A stretch of 64,000 bases of DNA from contig CAWVRK010000004.1 in NCBI GenBank assembly GCA_963932955.1, forward strand, positions 37,136 through 101,135, written 5' to 3'. Source of the DNA: an uncultured Flavobacteriaceae bacterium. Lineage in GTDB: Bacteria; Bacteroidota; Bacteroidia; Flavobacteriales; Flavobacteriaceae. Position 1 is the stretch's first letter, and each line of letters opens with the position of its first letter. A program made the position numbers and the translations under genes. This document shows, piece by piece, positions 20,610 to 30,869 of the stretch. Under the pieces are notes generated by a model. It ran no database searches. It saw only the letters and a program-made list of their open reading frames with translations, and had not been told where the DNA came from.

Positions 20610-21100
20610 CGTTTTTTAAGGTTCTTGGGGAATTTTTTTAGAACAGTCTTTCCTTTTTTGATGCTTTTCCAATGGTTGTTTTCAAATTGAATAGCAATCA
20701 CACCACAGGTAGGGACGTGGGGGATGAGCTGGTTTCCAAATTTGTTGACAAAATCATTGATGCCATGGTCGTGGCTAAAAATGATGGCAGAGTCAAATTC
20801 GTCATCGAGAGCCTTGATGGTTTTCACCAAGTAGCCGTCACTAAAATTATAAAGTGATTTTTTGATTTGCAAATTGGACAGAGGGAACCCAAAAACGTTC
20901 GAGAAAATTACGGCTGTGGATAGTGCACGTGTGGCACTGCTGGTGATAAAAACAGCGGGTTTTTCAATTTTTTCTTTCAGAGCAGCTGCCACAAGGTAAG
21001 AATCGCGTATTCCTCTTTTTTTTAGGGGTCTGTCGATGTCTTCAATTCCTTTGTATTCCCAAGAGGATTTGGCATGCCGAACAATATAAACTGTTTTCAT
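20606..21100 (-). CDS. SixA-type histidine phosphatase
   Basis: IVRHAKSSW, DRPL..RG, SSATRAL..A, SHDHG, PTCG. Confidence 0.9.
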   Translation of the reverse strand: MKTVYIVRHAKSSWEYKGIEDIDRPLKKRGIRDSYLVAAALKEKIEKPAVFITSSATRALSTAVIFSNVFGFPLSNLQIKKSLYNFSDGYLVKTIKALDDEFDSAIIFSHDHGINDFVNKFGNQLIPHVPTCGVIAIQFENNHWKSIKKGKTVLKKFPKNLKKR

Positions 21101-21179
21101 CTATATGAATTGGATGAATCAAATATACTAAAATTGTTCAATTGATACGGGAAAGCAAGATAAATTTTAAACTAATAAA

Positions 21180-21827
21180 TCATGGGGCCAATCTGTCAAT
21201 TTTCCAGCTGTAATCTTTTTGGACTGTATAGCGAATTCGATCGTGCATGCGGTTGGCTCTTCCTTGCCAAAATTCGATTGACATCGGTTTCACGAGATAA
21301 CCACCCCAGTGTTTTGGTCGAGGAATCTCTTGGTTTTGATACCTTTTTTCTAAGGTCTTTAATTGCAGTTCCAATGCCTCTCTGTTAGGAACAATTTCGC
21401 TTTGTGGTGATGCCCAAGCTCCAAGTTTGCTGCCATCAGGTCGTGATTCAAAATAGCCATCAGACAGGTTTTTAGCAATTTTTTCTGCCTTTCCTTTGAT
21501 GATGATTTGTTGTTCTGAATTTTGCCAAAAAAAAGACAGGCACACTTCTGGATGTGCTGCGATTGCTTTTCCTTTTTCACTCAAATAATTGGTGTAAAAA
21601 ACAAACCCTTCCCAAGTAAACTTCTTGAGCAAAACCACCCTGCTTTTTGGAAATCCATCCGTTCCAATGGTGGAAAGGGTCATGGCATTGGGCTCGTCAA
21701 CACTTTGTGAAGCTTCAATTTCATAAAACCATTGTTGAAACAATTCAATCGGATTTTGGGGTACTTTAGTCTTGAGGAGTTCCTTTTTTAAGTAGGATTT
21801 TCTGTAGTTGCTAAGGTCTTTTTCCAT
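21180..21827 (-). CDS. pdxH: Pyridoxamine 5'-phosphate oxidase
   Basis: PNAMTLST, RVVLLK, FYTNYLSEKG, YFESRP, WGGY, EFWQGRANRMHDR. Confidence 0.97.
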   Translation of the reverse strand: MEKDLSNYRKSYLKKELLKTKVPQNPIELFQQWFYEIEASQSVDEPNAMTLSTIGTDGFPKSRVVLLKKFTWEGFVFYTNYLSEKGKAIAAHPEVCLSFFWQNSEQQIIIKGKAEKIAKNLSDGYFESRPDGSKLGAWASPQSEIVPNREALELQLKTLEKRYQNQEIPRPKHWGGYLVKPMSIEFWQGRANRMHDRIRYTVQKDYSWKIDRLAP

Positions 21828-21894
21828 AACTGTAAAAATAAGAAATTTTTAGACTGAAAGCGGTCGATTCCATGCTTAGTTTTTCATGGTTTTC

Positions 21895-23361
21895 TCAATC
21901 GGAGATTTTCTTTTTTATCAGGTACAAACCGGCAAAAGCCACCAGCCCATTTGCGATGAGAAGTTCGTATCCAAAAACATACCCGTTGAACCAATCCATT
22001 GAGTAATTGTCCAACACACTTGTCAATGCAACTGAAACAACGGCAATCAGAGGGACCAAAGCCTCTTTGAGCTGGTGTTTGGTGAAAATTCCGAATGCAA
22101 AAAGTCCTAACAGGGGGCCATAGGTATAAGAAGCAACTTTCAGCAAACTGCTAATCACATTGTCGCGAAGCACGTGTTTGAAGAGTATAATGACCAATAC
22201 CAACAACAACGAAACGCCGATGTGTACCCTTTTTCGAATGCGTTTTTGAGCTGCTTTCGATTTGGTAGATAGGGATAAAAAATCAAAGCAAACAGATGTT
22301 GTCAAGGAAGTCAAAGCACTGTCTGCACTGGAATAAGCTGCTGCCATCAAGCCTAAAATAAAAAGCAATGCAATTGGGGTGCCTAGGCCTCCATTCAAGG
22401 CGATTTCAGGAAATAAGAGGTCCGTCTTTACCGTGCCGTTTATTTGAGGAACTGAAATTCCGTTTTGTTCAGCATAGACATACAACAGCGCTCCTAAAGA
22501 CAAAAACAGAAAATTGACTAAAATCAAAACAAATCCCAAGGAAAGGATGTTCCATTGAGCCTCTTTGGTGTTTTTACAGGTCAGGTTTTTCTGCATCATG
22601 TCCTGATCCAAGCCTGTCATCGCAATTGCTATAAACACCCCTCCCAAAAATGATTTTATAAAGTGTTTTTTGTCATTGAAATCCTCCGCGAAAAATATTT
22701 TCGCTCGGTTTTGAAATGCTTCGGACTGATAGGATTCCCAGACGGATAGCCCTAGTTTGTCAGTGATAACCGCAATTGCTGCAAAGACGGCAAACAACAT
22801 AAAAAGGGTTTGCAGTGCATCTGTCCAAACGATGGTTTTGATGCCTCCTTTGTAGGTGTACATCCAAATCAGGAGAATGGATCCAACTGCGGTGAGCTCA
22901 AAAGGGATTTTCCAAGTGTCAAAAATAAAATATTGCAATACAGAAGTCACCAAAAACAAGCGAAAAGCCGCCCCCAATATACGTGAAAGTAAGAAGAAAA
23001 ATGCGCCTGTTTTATGACTGACGATCCCAAATCGCTGCAGTAAGTATTCGTATATGGAAGTGATGTTCGATCGGTAATAGATGGGCAGCAATAGGAAGGC
23101 AATTACGACATATCCCAAAAAATACCCCAATACAATTTGAAGGTAGCTGAATTGACTTCCTTCTACCCAGCCGGGAACGGAGATAAAAGTAACCCCCGAA
23201 AGCGAAGCCCCAATCATTCCAAATGCCACGAGGTACCACGGGGATTTTTTGTCCGCTTTGAAAAAGGTTGCATTGCTGTCGCTTTTACCCGTTGCATGAG
23301 AAATAAAGAACAAAAGTCCAAAATATATTGCGATGACCAAAACAATTTGGAAGGTATTCAT
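21895..23361 (-). CDS. Sodium:solute symporter family protein
   Basis: Many TM helices; [46 protein letters not shown]. Confidence 0.92.
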   Translation of the reverse strand: MNTFQIVLVIAIYFGLLFFISHATGKSDSNATFFKADKKSPWYLVAFGMIGASLSGVTFISVPGWVEGSQFSYLQIVLGYFLGYVVIAFLLLPIYYRSNITSIYEYLLQRFGIVSHKTGAFFFLLSRILGAAFRLFLVTSVLQYFIFDTWKIPFELTAVGSILLIWMYTYKGGIKTIVWTDALQTLFMLFAVFAAIAVITDKLGLSVWESYQSEAFQNRAKIFFAEDFNDKKHFIKSFLGGVFIAIAMTGLDQDMMQKNLTCKNTKEAQWNILSLGFVLILVNFLFLSLGALLYVYAEQNGISVPQINGTVKTDLLFPEIALNGGLGTPIALLFILGLMAAAYSSADSALTSLTTSVCFDFLSLSTKSKAAQKRIRKRVHIGVSLLLVLVIILFKHVLRDNVISSLLKVASYTYGPLLGLFAFGIFTKHQLKEALVPLIAVVSVALTSVLDNYSMDWFNGYVFGYELLIANGLVAFAGLYLIKKKISD

Positions 23362-23481
23362 GACGTTCAAATTTAGAGGGCTTCCCACAAAGAATTAAAA
23401 GAAAACTATTGCGACAGTCACAAAGAAACAAATAATCAAATTAACGGCTAAACGTTTTCTACAAAAGATTATATTTGTGAA

Positions 23482-24102
23482 ATGAATTTTTCTTCCAGAC
23501 TTTTAGAAAATGCGGTGAATGAAGTGGCTCAATTGCCTGGCATAGGAAAGCGAACAGCTTTGCGTTTGGTGTTGCATTTGTTAAAGCAACCCAAGACCCA
23601 TACCCAACATTTGACCAATGCTTTAGAAAATTTGGTAACAGAAGTAAAACTGTGTAAAAGTTGTCATAACATTTCAGACGTAGCGATTTGTGACATCTGT
23701 TCCAACACAAGAAGAAACCCAGAAATTGTCTGTGTCGTTGAAGACATTCGCGATGTGATGGCCATTGAAAATACAGCTCAATTCAAAGGGTTGTACCATG
23801 TTTTAGGGGGTAAAATATCGCCTATGGAAGGAGTAGGGCCCCACAATTTGACCATTGAAAGTTTGGTGAAAAGAGTGCAAGAAGGCACTGTCAAGGAATT
23901 GATTTTAGCGATGAGCTCGACCATGGAAGGGGATACTACTAATTTTTACATCTACAAACAGTTGGGGAAGTTTGAAGTCAATATATCCACAATTGCTAGA
24001 GGTATTTCTGTGGGTGATGAATTGCAATATACAGACGAGGTGACCTTGGGACGAAGTATCGCCAATCGTGTGCCTTTTGAAAAATCTATAAGAACCGAAT
24101 GA
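23482..24102 (+). CDS. recR: Recombination mediator RecR
   Basis: [13 protein letters not shown]4 zinc finger, [31 protein letters not shown]. Confidence 0.97.
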   Translation: MNFSSRLLENAVNEVAQLPGIGKRTALRLVLHLLKQPKTHTQHLTNALENLVTEVKLCKSCHNISDVAICDICSNTRRNPEIVCVVEDIRDVMAIENTAQFKGLYHVLGGKISPMEGVGPHNLTIESLVKRVQEGTVKELILAMSSTMEGDTTNFYIYKQLGKFEVNISTIARGISVGDELQYTDEVTLGRSIANRVPFEKSIRTE

Positions 24103-25262
24103 AGCTCTCAATTGTCATTGTCAATTACAACGTTCGCTTTTTCTTAGAACTCTGTTTGCTCAGTGTTCAAAAAGCGTGTGAAGGGATTTCTGCGGAAATT
24201 ATTGTCGTCGACAATTGTTCATCAGACGATAGTTGCCGCATGGTGCGCAACCTATTTCCAGATGTTCACCTGCTTGAAAACAAAGACAATGTAGGTTTTT
24301 CGATTGCCAACAACCAAGGAGTTTCAATGGCCAAAGGAGCGTATGTGTTGGTGTTGAATCCAGACACTGTAGTCAAGGAGTTTACCTTTTCAGACATCCT
24401 AGATTTTGCTGACAAACAACAAAACTTTGGAGCTTTGGGGGTGCAATTGATCGACGGAACTGGTGCTTTTTTACCCGAGAGTAAAAGAGGTATTCCAACA
24501 ATCAAGGCTTCTTTGTCCAAGATCATAGGAACCAATTCGGCTTCAGGGACTTATTATGCCAACCATTTGGAGCGAGACGAAACGGGCCCTGTCGAAATTC
24601 TCGTGGGTGCTTTTATGTTGATAAAAACAGCGGTCTATCGTTCTGTTGGGGGGTTTGATGAAGATTACTTTATGTACGGTGAAGACATCGATTTGAGTTA
24701 CAAAATCCTAAAATCCGGTCGCCAAAATTATTATTTGGGATCTGCTTCTGTAATTCATTTTAAAGGGGAGAGCACGCGGAAGGATGTACGTTACCTAAAG
24801 CACTTTCACAAGGCTATGCGGATTTTTTACAAAAAGCACTTTCAAAAAAACTTTCTTTACAACCTCTTTGCAAATCTTGGAATCCAACTCTGGTTTCTAT
24901 TGAAATACGTACAACTTTCCGATCCAAAAATTATTTTAAACGAACGGCAAAACGTTCTCTATATTGGGGATAAAAAAATCAGCATTGACAAACAAATGGC
25001 TCGAAAGCTAAAATTTGTAAAATTCAGCTCTTTCAAACAACTCGAAAAACACATTCTCAAAAATGATGTGCAAGAAGTCTGGTTTGATGAAGCGTATCTC
25101 TCGTATGATAAAATCATTGATCTTATTGGAATTTTACACAATAAAAATTTGATTTTTAAAATTCATTCCAATGGAACGAATTATGTGATTGGGAGCAATT
25201 CTAGTGATGGCAGAGGAGAAATCATTGGACTGACTGCGTCTCAAGCAGAAGCCGCAGTCTGA
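24099..25262 (+). CDS. Glycosyltransferase family 2
   Basis: [52 protein letters not shown]. Confidence 0.92.
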   Translation: MKLSIVIVNYNVRFFLELCLLSVQKACEGISAEIIVVDNCSSDDSCRMVRNLFPDVHLLENKDNVGFSIANNQGVSMAKGAYVLVLNPDTVVKEFTFSDILDFADKQQNFGALGVQLIDGTGAFLPESKRGIPTIKASLSKIIGTNSASGTYYANHLERDETGPVEILVGAFMLIKTAVYRSVGGFDEDYFMYGEDIDLSYKILKSGRQNYYLGSASVIHFKGESTRKDVRYLKHFHKAMRIFYKKHFQKNFLYNLFANLGIQLWFLLKYVQLSDPKIILNERQNVLYIGDKKISIDKQMARKLKFVKFSSFKQLEKHILKNDVQEVWFDEAYLSYDKIIDLIGILHNKNLIFKIHSNGTNYVIGSNSSDGRGEIIGLTASQAEAAV

Positions 25263-25269
25263 ACTTCTT

Positions 25270-25830
25270 TTAGTTCTCTGTGCGATCCCAGCTTTTTTTA
25301 GCCCTTCTTTTTTTGTAAAATTTCACAAAACCCATCAGCAAGAGTCCAAAGACTAAGATGCCTAGAACTCCCCATATCCAATTGATGGAATTTTTCAATT
25401 CTACCAAAAACACCACTGCAAATAAAATGACTGTTGCCACCTCATTCCAAAGTCGCAATTTGGCCGCACTGTATTTGATGACATCGTTTTGAAGTTGTCG
25501 ATAAATGTTTTGACAACCCCATTGGTACCCGTACAAAAGGAACACAAAAGATAATTTAACCCACATCCATGGTGCGGTCAAAAAACCAGGAAGTAAATAA
25601 AGCATCCAAAAAGCAAAAAAACTAGCTAGAATTGCCGAAGGCCATGTGATGATATACCACAAGCGTTTGCTCATCACTTTGTATTGGGCTTGTAAGATGC
25701 CACGTGCAGGCTCTTGTTTTTTGTCGGCTTCTACATGGTAGATAAACAAGCGTACAATGTAAAACAAACCTGCAAACCAGGTGATGACAAATATGATATG
25801 AAGAGATTTGATGTAGGAAAGGTATGCCAT
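25270..25830 (-). CDS. hemJ: Protoporphyrinogen IX oxidase HemJ (CopD-like family)
   Basis: KSLHIIFVITWFAGLFYIVRLFIYH, WMWVKL, RLWNE. Start placed at MAYLSY. Confidence 0.85.
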   Translation of the reverse strand: MAYLSYIKSLHIIFVITWFAGLFYIVRLFIYHVEADKKQEPARGILQAQYKVMSKRLWYIITWPSAILASFFAFWMLYLLPGFLTAPWMWVKLSFVFLLYGYQWGCQNIYRQLQNDVIKYSAAKLRLWNEVATVILFAVVFLVELKNSINWIWGVLGILVFGLLLMGFVKFYKKRRAKKSWDRTEN

Positions 25831-25995
25831 GCGATAAATTTTAAGAAAAGAACCAATGGGCCCTTGCAAAGCTATCAAAATAATCTTGATATTATTACCC
25901 TCTTCTATGGAATTCTTGAGAACAGCATTTCAAAGGCGAATCTTTTAAAGTAGAAACCTTTTCGGCCACCTCAGTTTGTTTTATATTTGTAACCT

Positions 25996-27126
25996 ATGAA
26001 GTTTGAAATAAAATCCAAAGATCCATTGAGCAAAGCCAGAGCAGCTGTCATGACAACAGAGCATGGGCTTATAGAAACTCCAATTTTTATGCCTGTTGGA
26101 ACCATGGGCACAGTGAAAGGAGTTCATCAAAAAGACTTGAAAGAGGAAATCAACCCCGACATCATTCTCGGAAACACCTACCATTTGTATTTGCGCCCCA
26201 AAACACCCATCCTCGAAAAAGCAGGAGGCTTGCATAAATTCATGAATTGGGACCGTCCAATTTTAACAGATAGTGGCGGATACCAAGTCTACTCCTTATC
26301 GGGTAGAAGAAAGATCAAAGAAGCTGGGGTGGATTTTAAAAGCCATATTGACGGTTCTACACACTTTTTTTCACCGGAAAAGGTGATGGAAATTCAGCGC
26401 ACCATCGGAGCAGACATCATCATGGCATTTGACGAATGTACACCTTATCCCTGTGATTTCAATTACGCAAGAAAATCCATGCACATGACCCATCGTTGGT
26501 TGAAACGTTGCATGAGCCATTTGGAAAAACTCCCCTACAAATACGGTTACAGTCAAACATTTTTTCCTATTGTCCAAGGAAGTACCTATAAAGATTTGAG
26601 AAAGCAATCTGCAGAATTTATTGCAAGTGTAGGTGCTGATGGCAATGCCATTGGAGGTTTGTCTGTTGGAGAGCCTGCTGAGGAAATGTACGCCATGACC
26701 GATGTGGTTTGCAGTGTTTTGCCGGAAGACAAACCCCGTTATTTGATGGGGGTTGGTACGCCGATCAATATTTTGGAAAACATTGCTTTGGGCGTGGACA
26801 TGTTTGATTGTGTCATGCCGACACGAAATGCTCGAAATGGAATGCTCTTTACGGCTTTTGGCAGCATCAACATCAAAAACAAAAAGTGGGAAGATGATTT
26901 TTCGCCAATCGACGAAATGGGCATTACTTATGTAGATACCTTCTATTCAAAAGCCTATTTGAAACACTTGTTTGCAGCCAACGAAATGTTGGGCAAACAA
27001 ATTGCAACCATCCACAATTTAGGATTCTATCTGTGGTTGACACGGGAAGCTAGAAAACAGATTATTGCCGGTGATTTTGCAGCTTGGAAAAACAAAATGG
27101 TCAAACAAATGAACAACCGCTTGTAA
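25996..27126 (+). CDS. tgt: tRNA-guanine(34) transglycosylase
   Basis: TPIFMPVGT, GNTYHL, LTDSGGYQ, DECTP, QGS, GGLSVGE, MGVG, DCVMPTRNARNG, HNL. Confidence 0.97.
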   Translation: MKFEIKSKDPLSKARAAVMTTEHGLIETPIFMPVGTMGTVKGVHQKDLKEEINPDIILGNTYHLYLRPKTPILEKAGGLHKFMNWDRPILTDSGGYQVYSLSGRRKIKEAGVDFKSHIDGSTHFFSPEKVMEIQRTIGADIIMAFDECTPYPCDFNYARKSMHMTHRWLKRCMSHLEKLPYKYGYSQTFFPIVQGSTYKDLRKQSAEFIASVGADGNAIGGLSVGEPAEEMYAMTDVVCSVLPEDKPRYLMGVGTPINILENIALGVDMFDCVMPTRNARNGMLFTAFGSINIKNKKWEDDFSPIDEMGITYVDTFYSKAYLKHLFAANEMLGKQIATIHNLGFYLWLTREARKQIIAGDFAAWKNKMVKQMNNRL

Positions 27127-27128
27127 AT

Positions 27129-28217
27129 TTGAGAATCTTAGACAAATACATATTAAAAAAGTACCTGGGTTCGTTTCTCTTTACCTTGTTTATCTTGATT
27201 CCGATCGCCATCGCCATTGATGTTGCGGAAAAAATAGACAAGTTTTTGAGACATACAAACTTGTCTTTTGAAGAGATTGTAGAAGATTATTATGCCAACT
27301 TTATCATTTACTATGTCAATACTTTTATGCCTTTGGCGTTGTTTATTGCAGTTATTTTTTTTACGTCCAAACTCTCCAACAATACAGAAATCATCGCCAT
27401 CAATGCTGCGCGTATATCCTTTACTCGCTTTTTAAAACCCTACATGATCGGAGCGACAATCGTTGCTATTTTAGCCCTTTTGATGAATCATTTTGTGGTT
27501 CCGGCAGGAAACAAAACACTCACAAAATTTGAAAACAAATACCTGAAGAGCAACCGCAACAAGGGAACCAGCTATGTCAAAGAGTTCAACATGAAGTTGG
27601 GAGAAGGTAGGTATGTTTTTATTCAAAACTTTGGATTGAGAACACACCGAGGCTACGATTTTTCTTACGAAGAATATGAGGGTCTTAAATTGAAGTACCG
27701 TTTGACCGCAGACAATATCAATTGGAACAAAAGAGACAGTACTTTTTCATTGACAAACTTTAAAAAAAGGTGGGTGTTCAACGACAAAGATCGCATAAAC
27801 GTTGGTTCAAAAATGGACACTGTTTTTGATTTTTCGCCCAGCGACTTGTTGTATGTTGATTATCTGGCCAAAGAAATGCCTTCTACGGAATTGAAAAAAT
27901 TCATCGACATCTCCGAACAGCGAGGTGTTAAAAACTTGAATGCGTATTACGTGGAATTGTACAAGCGAACAACCTTGCCGCTTTCTTCCTATATCTTAAC
28001 ACTGATTGCAGTTTGCTTGGCCTTTCGCAAACGTCGAGGCGGTACAGGAGTGAACATGGCTGTCGGAATAGGCCTTATGTTTCTGTACGTATTCTTTATG
28101 AAAGTTTCAGAAGTATTAGGTGCAGTTGCAGGAAGCAATACCATTTTATTTATATGGATGCCCAATGCACTCTTTGGTACTTTGGCTCTCGCTTTGTATT
28201 TAAAGTCAAAAAAGTAA
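27129..28217 (+). CDS. LptF/LptG family LPS export permease
   Basis: ILDKYILKKYL N-terminus (TTG start 27129), EIIAI..A.IS..R, six-TM layout, W.PN near the C-terminus. Confidence 0.9.
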   Translation: MRILDKYILKKYLGSFLFTLFILIPIAIAIDVAEKIDKFLRHTNLSFEEIVEDYYANFIIYYVNTFMPLALFIAVIFFTSKLSNNTEIIAINAARISFTRFLKPYMIGATIVAILALLMNHFVVPAGNKTLTKFENKYLKSNRNKGTSYVKEFNMKLGEGRYVFIQNFGLRTHRGYDFSYEEYEGLKLKYRLTADNINWNKRDSTFSLTNFKKRWVFNDKDRINVGSKMDTVFDFSPSDLLYVDYLAKEMPSTELKKFIDISEQRGVKNLNAYYVELYKRTTLPLSSYILTLIAVCLAFRKRRGGTGVNMAVGIGLMFLYVFFMKVSEVLGAVAGSNTILFIWMPNALFGTLALALYLKSKK

Positions 28218-28280
28218 AAGAATTGATTTGATACTTTCCTGAAGTTAGTATCTTTGCCAAGCAATTATTAGAACAAACCT

Positions 28281-29234
28281 ATGGAATATTTAGATTTTGA
28301 ATTACCGATCAAGGAACTCGAAGAACAATTGGACAAATGCCAAATCATCGGAGAGGAAAGTGAGGTAGATGTTTCTGAGACCTGTGAGAAACTGACTGAA
28401 AAATTAAAAAGTCTTAAAAAAGACATCTATAAAAACCTTACACCGTGGCAACGTGTACAGCTTTCAAGACACCCCAATCGCCCCTATACATTGGACTACA
28501 TAAAAGCGCTAGCAGGCACCACTTTTATGGAGCTTCACGGAGATCGAAATGTAAAAGATGACAAAGCAATTATCGGTGGTTTGGGAAAAATAGGTGACCA
28601 ATCTTTTATGTTTATCGGCCAACAAAAAGGCTACAACACAAAAACAAGACAATACCGAAATTTTGGAATGGCCAATCCAGAGGGGTATCGAAAAGCGTTG
28701 CGTCTGATGCGCATGGCTGAAAAATTTGGCATTCCTGTATTGACTTTTGTAGATACACCAGGAGCTTACCCTGGATTGGAGGCAGAAGAAAGAGGTCAAG
28801 GCGAAGCCATAGCGAGAAATATATTTGAAATGTGTGTCTTAGAAGTCCCAATCATTACAGTGATTATTGGAGAAGGAGCTTCTGGAGGTGCTTTGGGAAT
28901 AGGTGTCGGTGATCGAGTTTTGATGATGGAAAACTCTTGGTACTCTGTCATTTCCCCCGAAAACTGTTCCACCATTCTTTGGCGTAGTTGGGACTACAAA
29001 GTTGAAGCAGCGTCTGCATTGAAATTGACATCCAAAGACATGGCGTCTATGAAATTGATCGATGGCGTGATTCGCGAACCTTTAGGAGGAGCACATTCTG
29101 ACAGGGAAGCAACCTTTCAAACTGTTCAAAAAGTCATTTTAAAAGAATTGGATGTTTTGCAAGGTATGACTACTGAGGATAGGGTAGAAAAACGCATACA
29201 CAAATACGAACAAATGGGTGTCTACAAAGATTGA
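28281..29234 (+). CDS. accA: Acetyl-CoA carboxylase carboxyltransferase alpha subunit
   Basis: [61 protein letters not shown]. Confidence 0.98.
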   Translation: MEYLDFELPIKELEEQLDKCQIIGEESEVDVSETCEKLTEKLKSLKKDIYKNLTPWQRVQLSRHPNRPYTLDYIKALAGTTFMELHGDRNVKDDKAIIGGLGKIGDQSFMFIGQQKGYNTKTRQYRNFGMANPEGYRKALRLMRMAEKFGIPVLTFVDTPGAYPGLEAEERGQGEAIARNIFEMCVLEVPIITVIIGEGASGGALGIGVGDRVLMMENSWYSVISPENCSTILWRSWDYKVEAASALKLTSKDMASMKLIDGVIREPLGGAHSDREATFQTVQKVILKELDVLQGMTTEDRVEKRIHKYEQMGVYKD

Positions 29235-29278
29235 TTTATTTGTTTTCAAAGTCATACTTACTTTGAAAGCCTTTATAG

Positions 29279-29352
29279 GGGGCATTAACTCAGTTGGCTA
29301 GAGTACTTGGCTGGCAGCCAAGAAGTCATCGGTTCGAATCCGATATGCTCCA
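29279..29352 (+). tRNA. tRNA-Ala(GGC)
   Basis: Acceptor stem GGGGCAT/ATGCTCC with the G3:U70 Ala identity pair. D arm ACTC/GAGT, anticodon arm CTTGG-CTGGCAG-CCAAG, T arm GGTTCGAATCC. CCA is not encoded. Confidence 0.97.
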
Positions 29353-29359
29353 CAAAACT

Positions 29360-29403
29360 TACCGAAACCTGAATGTAAATTCAAAGTTTCGGTATTTTTT
29401 TTT
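29360..29403 (+). terminator. Intrinsic terminator after tRNA-Ala
   Basis: TACCGAAAC...TGAAT-GTAA-ATTCA...GTTTCGGTA followed by a T-run. Confidence 0.75.
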
Positions 29404-29738
29404 CAACGCTAGAATGATTGTGTAAACAGTAGTTGATTCCTTGGGGATTTTTCACTTCAAGCGTCCCTTTTTTATTTTTAACAGGTAGGTCTAGTTCTTT
29501 TATTTGAAAAAATTTGGTATTCATTCCTTAAGTAAGATTTCGTAAATTTTCGTTGTTTTTTATGCTTCTGGTTGGGTTGTTTTCCTTGCTGCACTTAGCC
29601 TTCAACAATGGCTAAAAAAAGGGCCTCTTTTAAAAAACACACCAACGCATTTAAAACGGTTTCGGGAGTCACACAGCCTTAAGTGGATGTATTTTTTAAA
29701 AAGTACGCCGTTAGATTGTGTGTTTTTCAATTAATTGG

Positions 29739-29746
29739 TATATTTG
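29739..29746 (+). promoter_or_regulatory. Bacteroidota housekeeping promoter -7 element of the his operon
   Basis: TATATTTG matches TAnnTTTG, 18 nt upstream of the leader ATG. Confidence 0.7.
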
Positions 29747-29764
29747 CTACGATAAAATAAAACC

Positions 29765-29821
29765 ATGAAGTCAAGTGCACTTTTTCACCATCATTTCCAT
29801 ACTTGTAATCAGACGAGCTAG
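29765..29821 (+). CDS. hisL: his operon leader peptide MKSSALFHHHFHTCNQTS
   Basis: 18-codon ORF with four His codons in five positions, directly upstream of hisG and an attenuator hairpin. Confidence 0.85.
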   Translation: MKSSALFHHHFHTCNQTS

Positions 29822-29851
29822 AGATGTTGTGCCTTACACAAAACATATATC

Positions 29852-29885
29852 AAAACCCGTTTGAGCAAATCAAATGGGTTTTTTT
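29852..29885 (+). terminator. his attenuator terminator
   Basis: AAAACCCGTTTGA-GCAAA-TCAAATGGGTTTT followed by a T-run. Its 5' arm CGTTTGA can instead pair with TCAGACG (29809-29815). Confidence 0.85.
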
Positions 29886-29930
29886 AATCATAATTCCCAA
29901 TTTTGTTCCAACAAAAAACCGACACAAATC

Positions 29931-30788
29931 ATGACAAAATTAAAAATTGCCATACAAAAATCAGGAAGACTCAATCAAGACTCTTTGGCACTCTTAAAAA
30001 ACTGTGGCATTTCCATCGACAATGGAAAAGACCAGTTGAAAGCTGCTGCGCGTAATTTTCCGTTGGAAGTCTTGTACCTAAGAAATGGAGACATCCCACA
30101 GTACCTGAGAGACGGGGTGGTTGATGTGGCCATTTTGGGGGAAAACACTTTGGTAGAAAAAGGCGAAGATTTGGCCGTCGTAGAACGGTTGGGTTTCTCC
30201 AAATGTCGTGTTTCTTTGGCTGTCCCTAAAGCCTTTGAGTACAAAAACATTCAGGATTTGAACGGCAAACGCATAGCCACTTCCTACCCAAATACCGTTA
30301 AAAAGTATTTGAAAGCACAAGGCATTGCTGCCGATTTGCACATTATCAATGGGTCTGTAGAAATTGCACCCAACATCGGTTTGGCAGATGCCATCTGTGA
30401 CATTGTTTCAAGTGGAAGCACCCTCTTTAAAAATGGTCTAAAAGAAGCTGTTCAAATGGCTGTTAGTGAAGCGGTATTGACCGTAGCCCCTAGTTTGACT
30501 GCCGAAAAGCAAGCCATTTTAGATACGGTGAGATTTCGCATACAAGCAGTCCTTAAAGGTCAGAATTCAAAGTACATCTTATTAAATGCGCCCAATGAAA
30601 AAGTCGCCGAGATCCTTGAATTGTTGCCCGGAATGAAAAGCCCGACGGTTTTGCCCTTGGCACAAGCAGGGTGGAGTTCGATCCATACCGTCATAGAAAA
30701 AAGCAAGTATTGGGACATTATCGATGCTTTGAAAAGCCACGGTGCCGAAGGAATTTTGGTCATCCCAATTGAAAAAATGATTTTGTAA
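29931..30788 (+). CDS. hisG: ATP phosphoribosyltransferase (long form)
   Basis: LKIAIQKSGRL, LRNGDIP, RIATSYP, GSVEIAP..GLADAICD, C-terminal regulatory domain. Confidence 0.97.
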   Translation: MTKLKIAIQKSGRLNQDSLALLKNCGISIDNGKDQLKAAARNFPLEVLYLRNGDIPQYLRDGVVDVAILGENTLVEKGEDLAVVERLGFSKCRVSLAVPKAFEYKNIQDLNGKRIATSYPNTVKKYLKAQGIAADLHIINGSVEIAPNIGLADAICDIVSSGSTLFKNGLKEAVQMAVSEAVLTVAPSLTAEKQAILDTVRFRIQAVLKGQNSKYILLNAPNEKVAEILELLPGMKSPTVLPLAQAGWSSIHTVIEKSKYWDIIDALKSHGAEGILVIPIEKMIL

Positions 30789-30869
30789 CCTGCCCGATGG
30801 GCGCAACAGCAATGCTTTTAGAAAGAGGAATTGATTTTAACTTTCAAAGCTTGTTAAAAATAAAACACT

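Noticed and set aside
29404-29738. T-rich 330-bp spacer as a hidden gene or riboswitch
   Set aside because: Only a 17-codon ORF (MLLVGLFSLLHLAFNNG) and no convincing structure or known aptamer.
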